Under the pieces are notes generated by a model. That model saw only the letters and a list, made by a program, of their open reading frames with translations, was not told where the DNA came from and searched no databases. The position numbers and the translations under genes are program-made. A stretch of 64,000 nt of DNA, from IMG/VR virus record IMGVR_UViG_3300046001_003584; one strand, 5' to 3'. The DNA is from an uncultured virus (IMG/VR IMGVR_UViG_3300046001_003584). Lineage: Duplodnaviria > Heunggongvirae > Uroviricota > Caudoviricetes. The stretch's first letter is position 1. Each line of letters opens with the position of its first letter. Shown here piece by piece: positions 63,981 to 64,000 of the stretch.

Positions 63981-64000
63981 TTTATTTTTCCTTTAGTAAA

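Overview
This is a 64-kb segment of an AT-rich, T4-like (myovirus-type) large or jumbo bacteriophage genome, almost entirely coding and read with the standard code. Its main blocks are: (i) a 7-deazaguanine DNA-modification cluster (dpdA, dpdL-like, folE, queD, queE, no queC) interleaved with a cytidylyltransferase, a glycosyltransferase and a GalE-like epimerase; (ii) replication genes (family B polymerase, sliding clamp, clamp loader, DnaE fragment, SF2 helicase); (iii) stress and chaperone genes (UvsE, Dps, ClpA, DnaJ, GroES, PhoH, TilS, 2OG oxygenase); (iv) tail and lysis genes (sheath, tube, gp4-like, collagen tail fibre, GH19 endolysin, holin). The most unusual feature is a set of about 12 late genes starting with a T4 capsid-targeting-like peptide (M-x-x-x-E/D-F/I/L-I/L-x-E). 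Several are mosaic polyproteins whose modules are separated by a GC-rich DNA repeat, CAAGGTGTGGCGGAAGGC (QGVAEG). Predicted Glu cleavage would expose cryptic signals (an internal Tat signal) and enzymes (GP88, ART-like, GNAT, GH19, nucleotidyltransferases). A candidate double-pseudoknot RNA and a palindromic, often leaderless promoter architecture are also visible. All calls come from motif recognition by eye; no searches were run.
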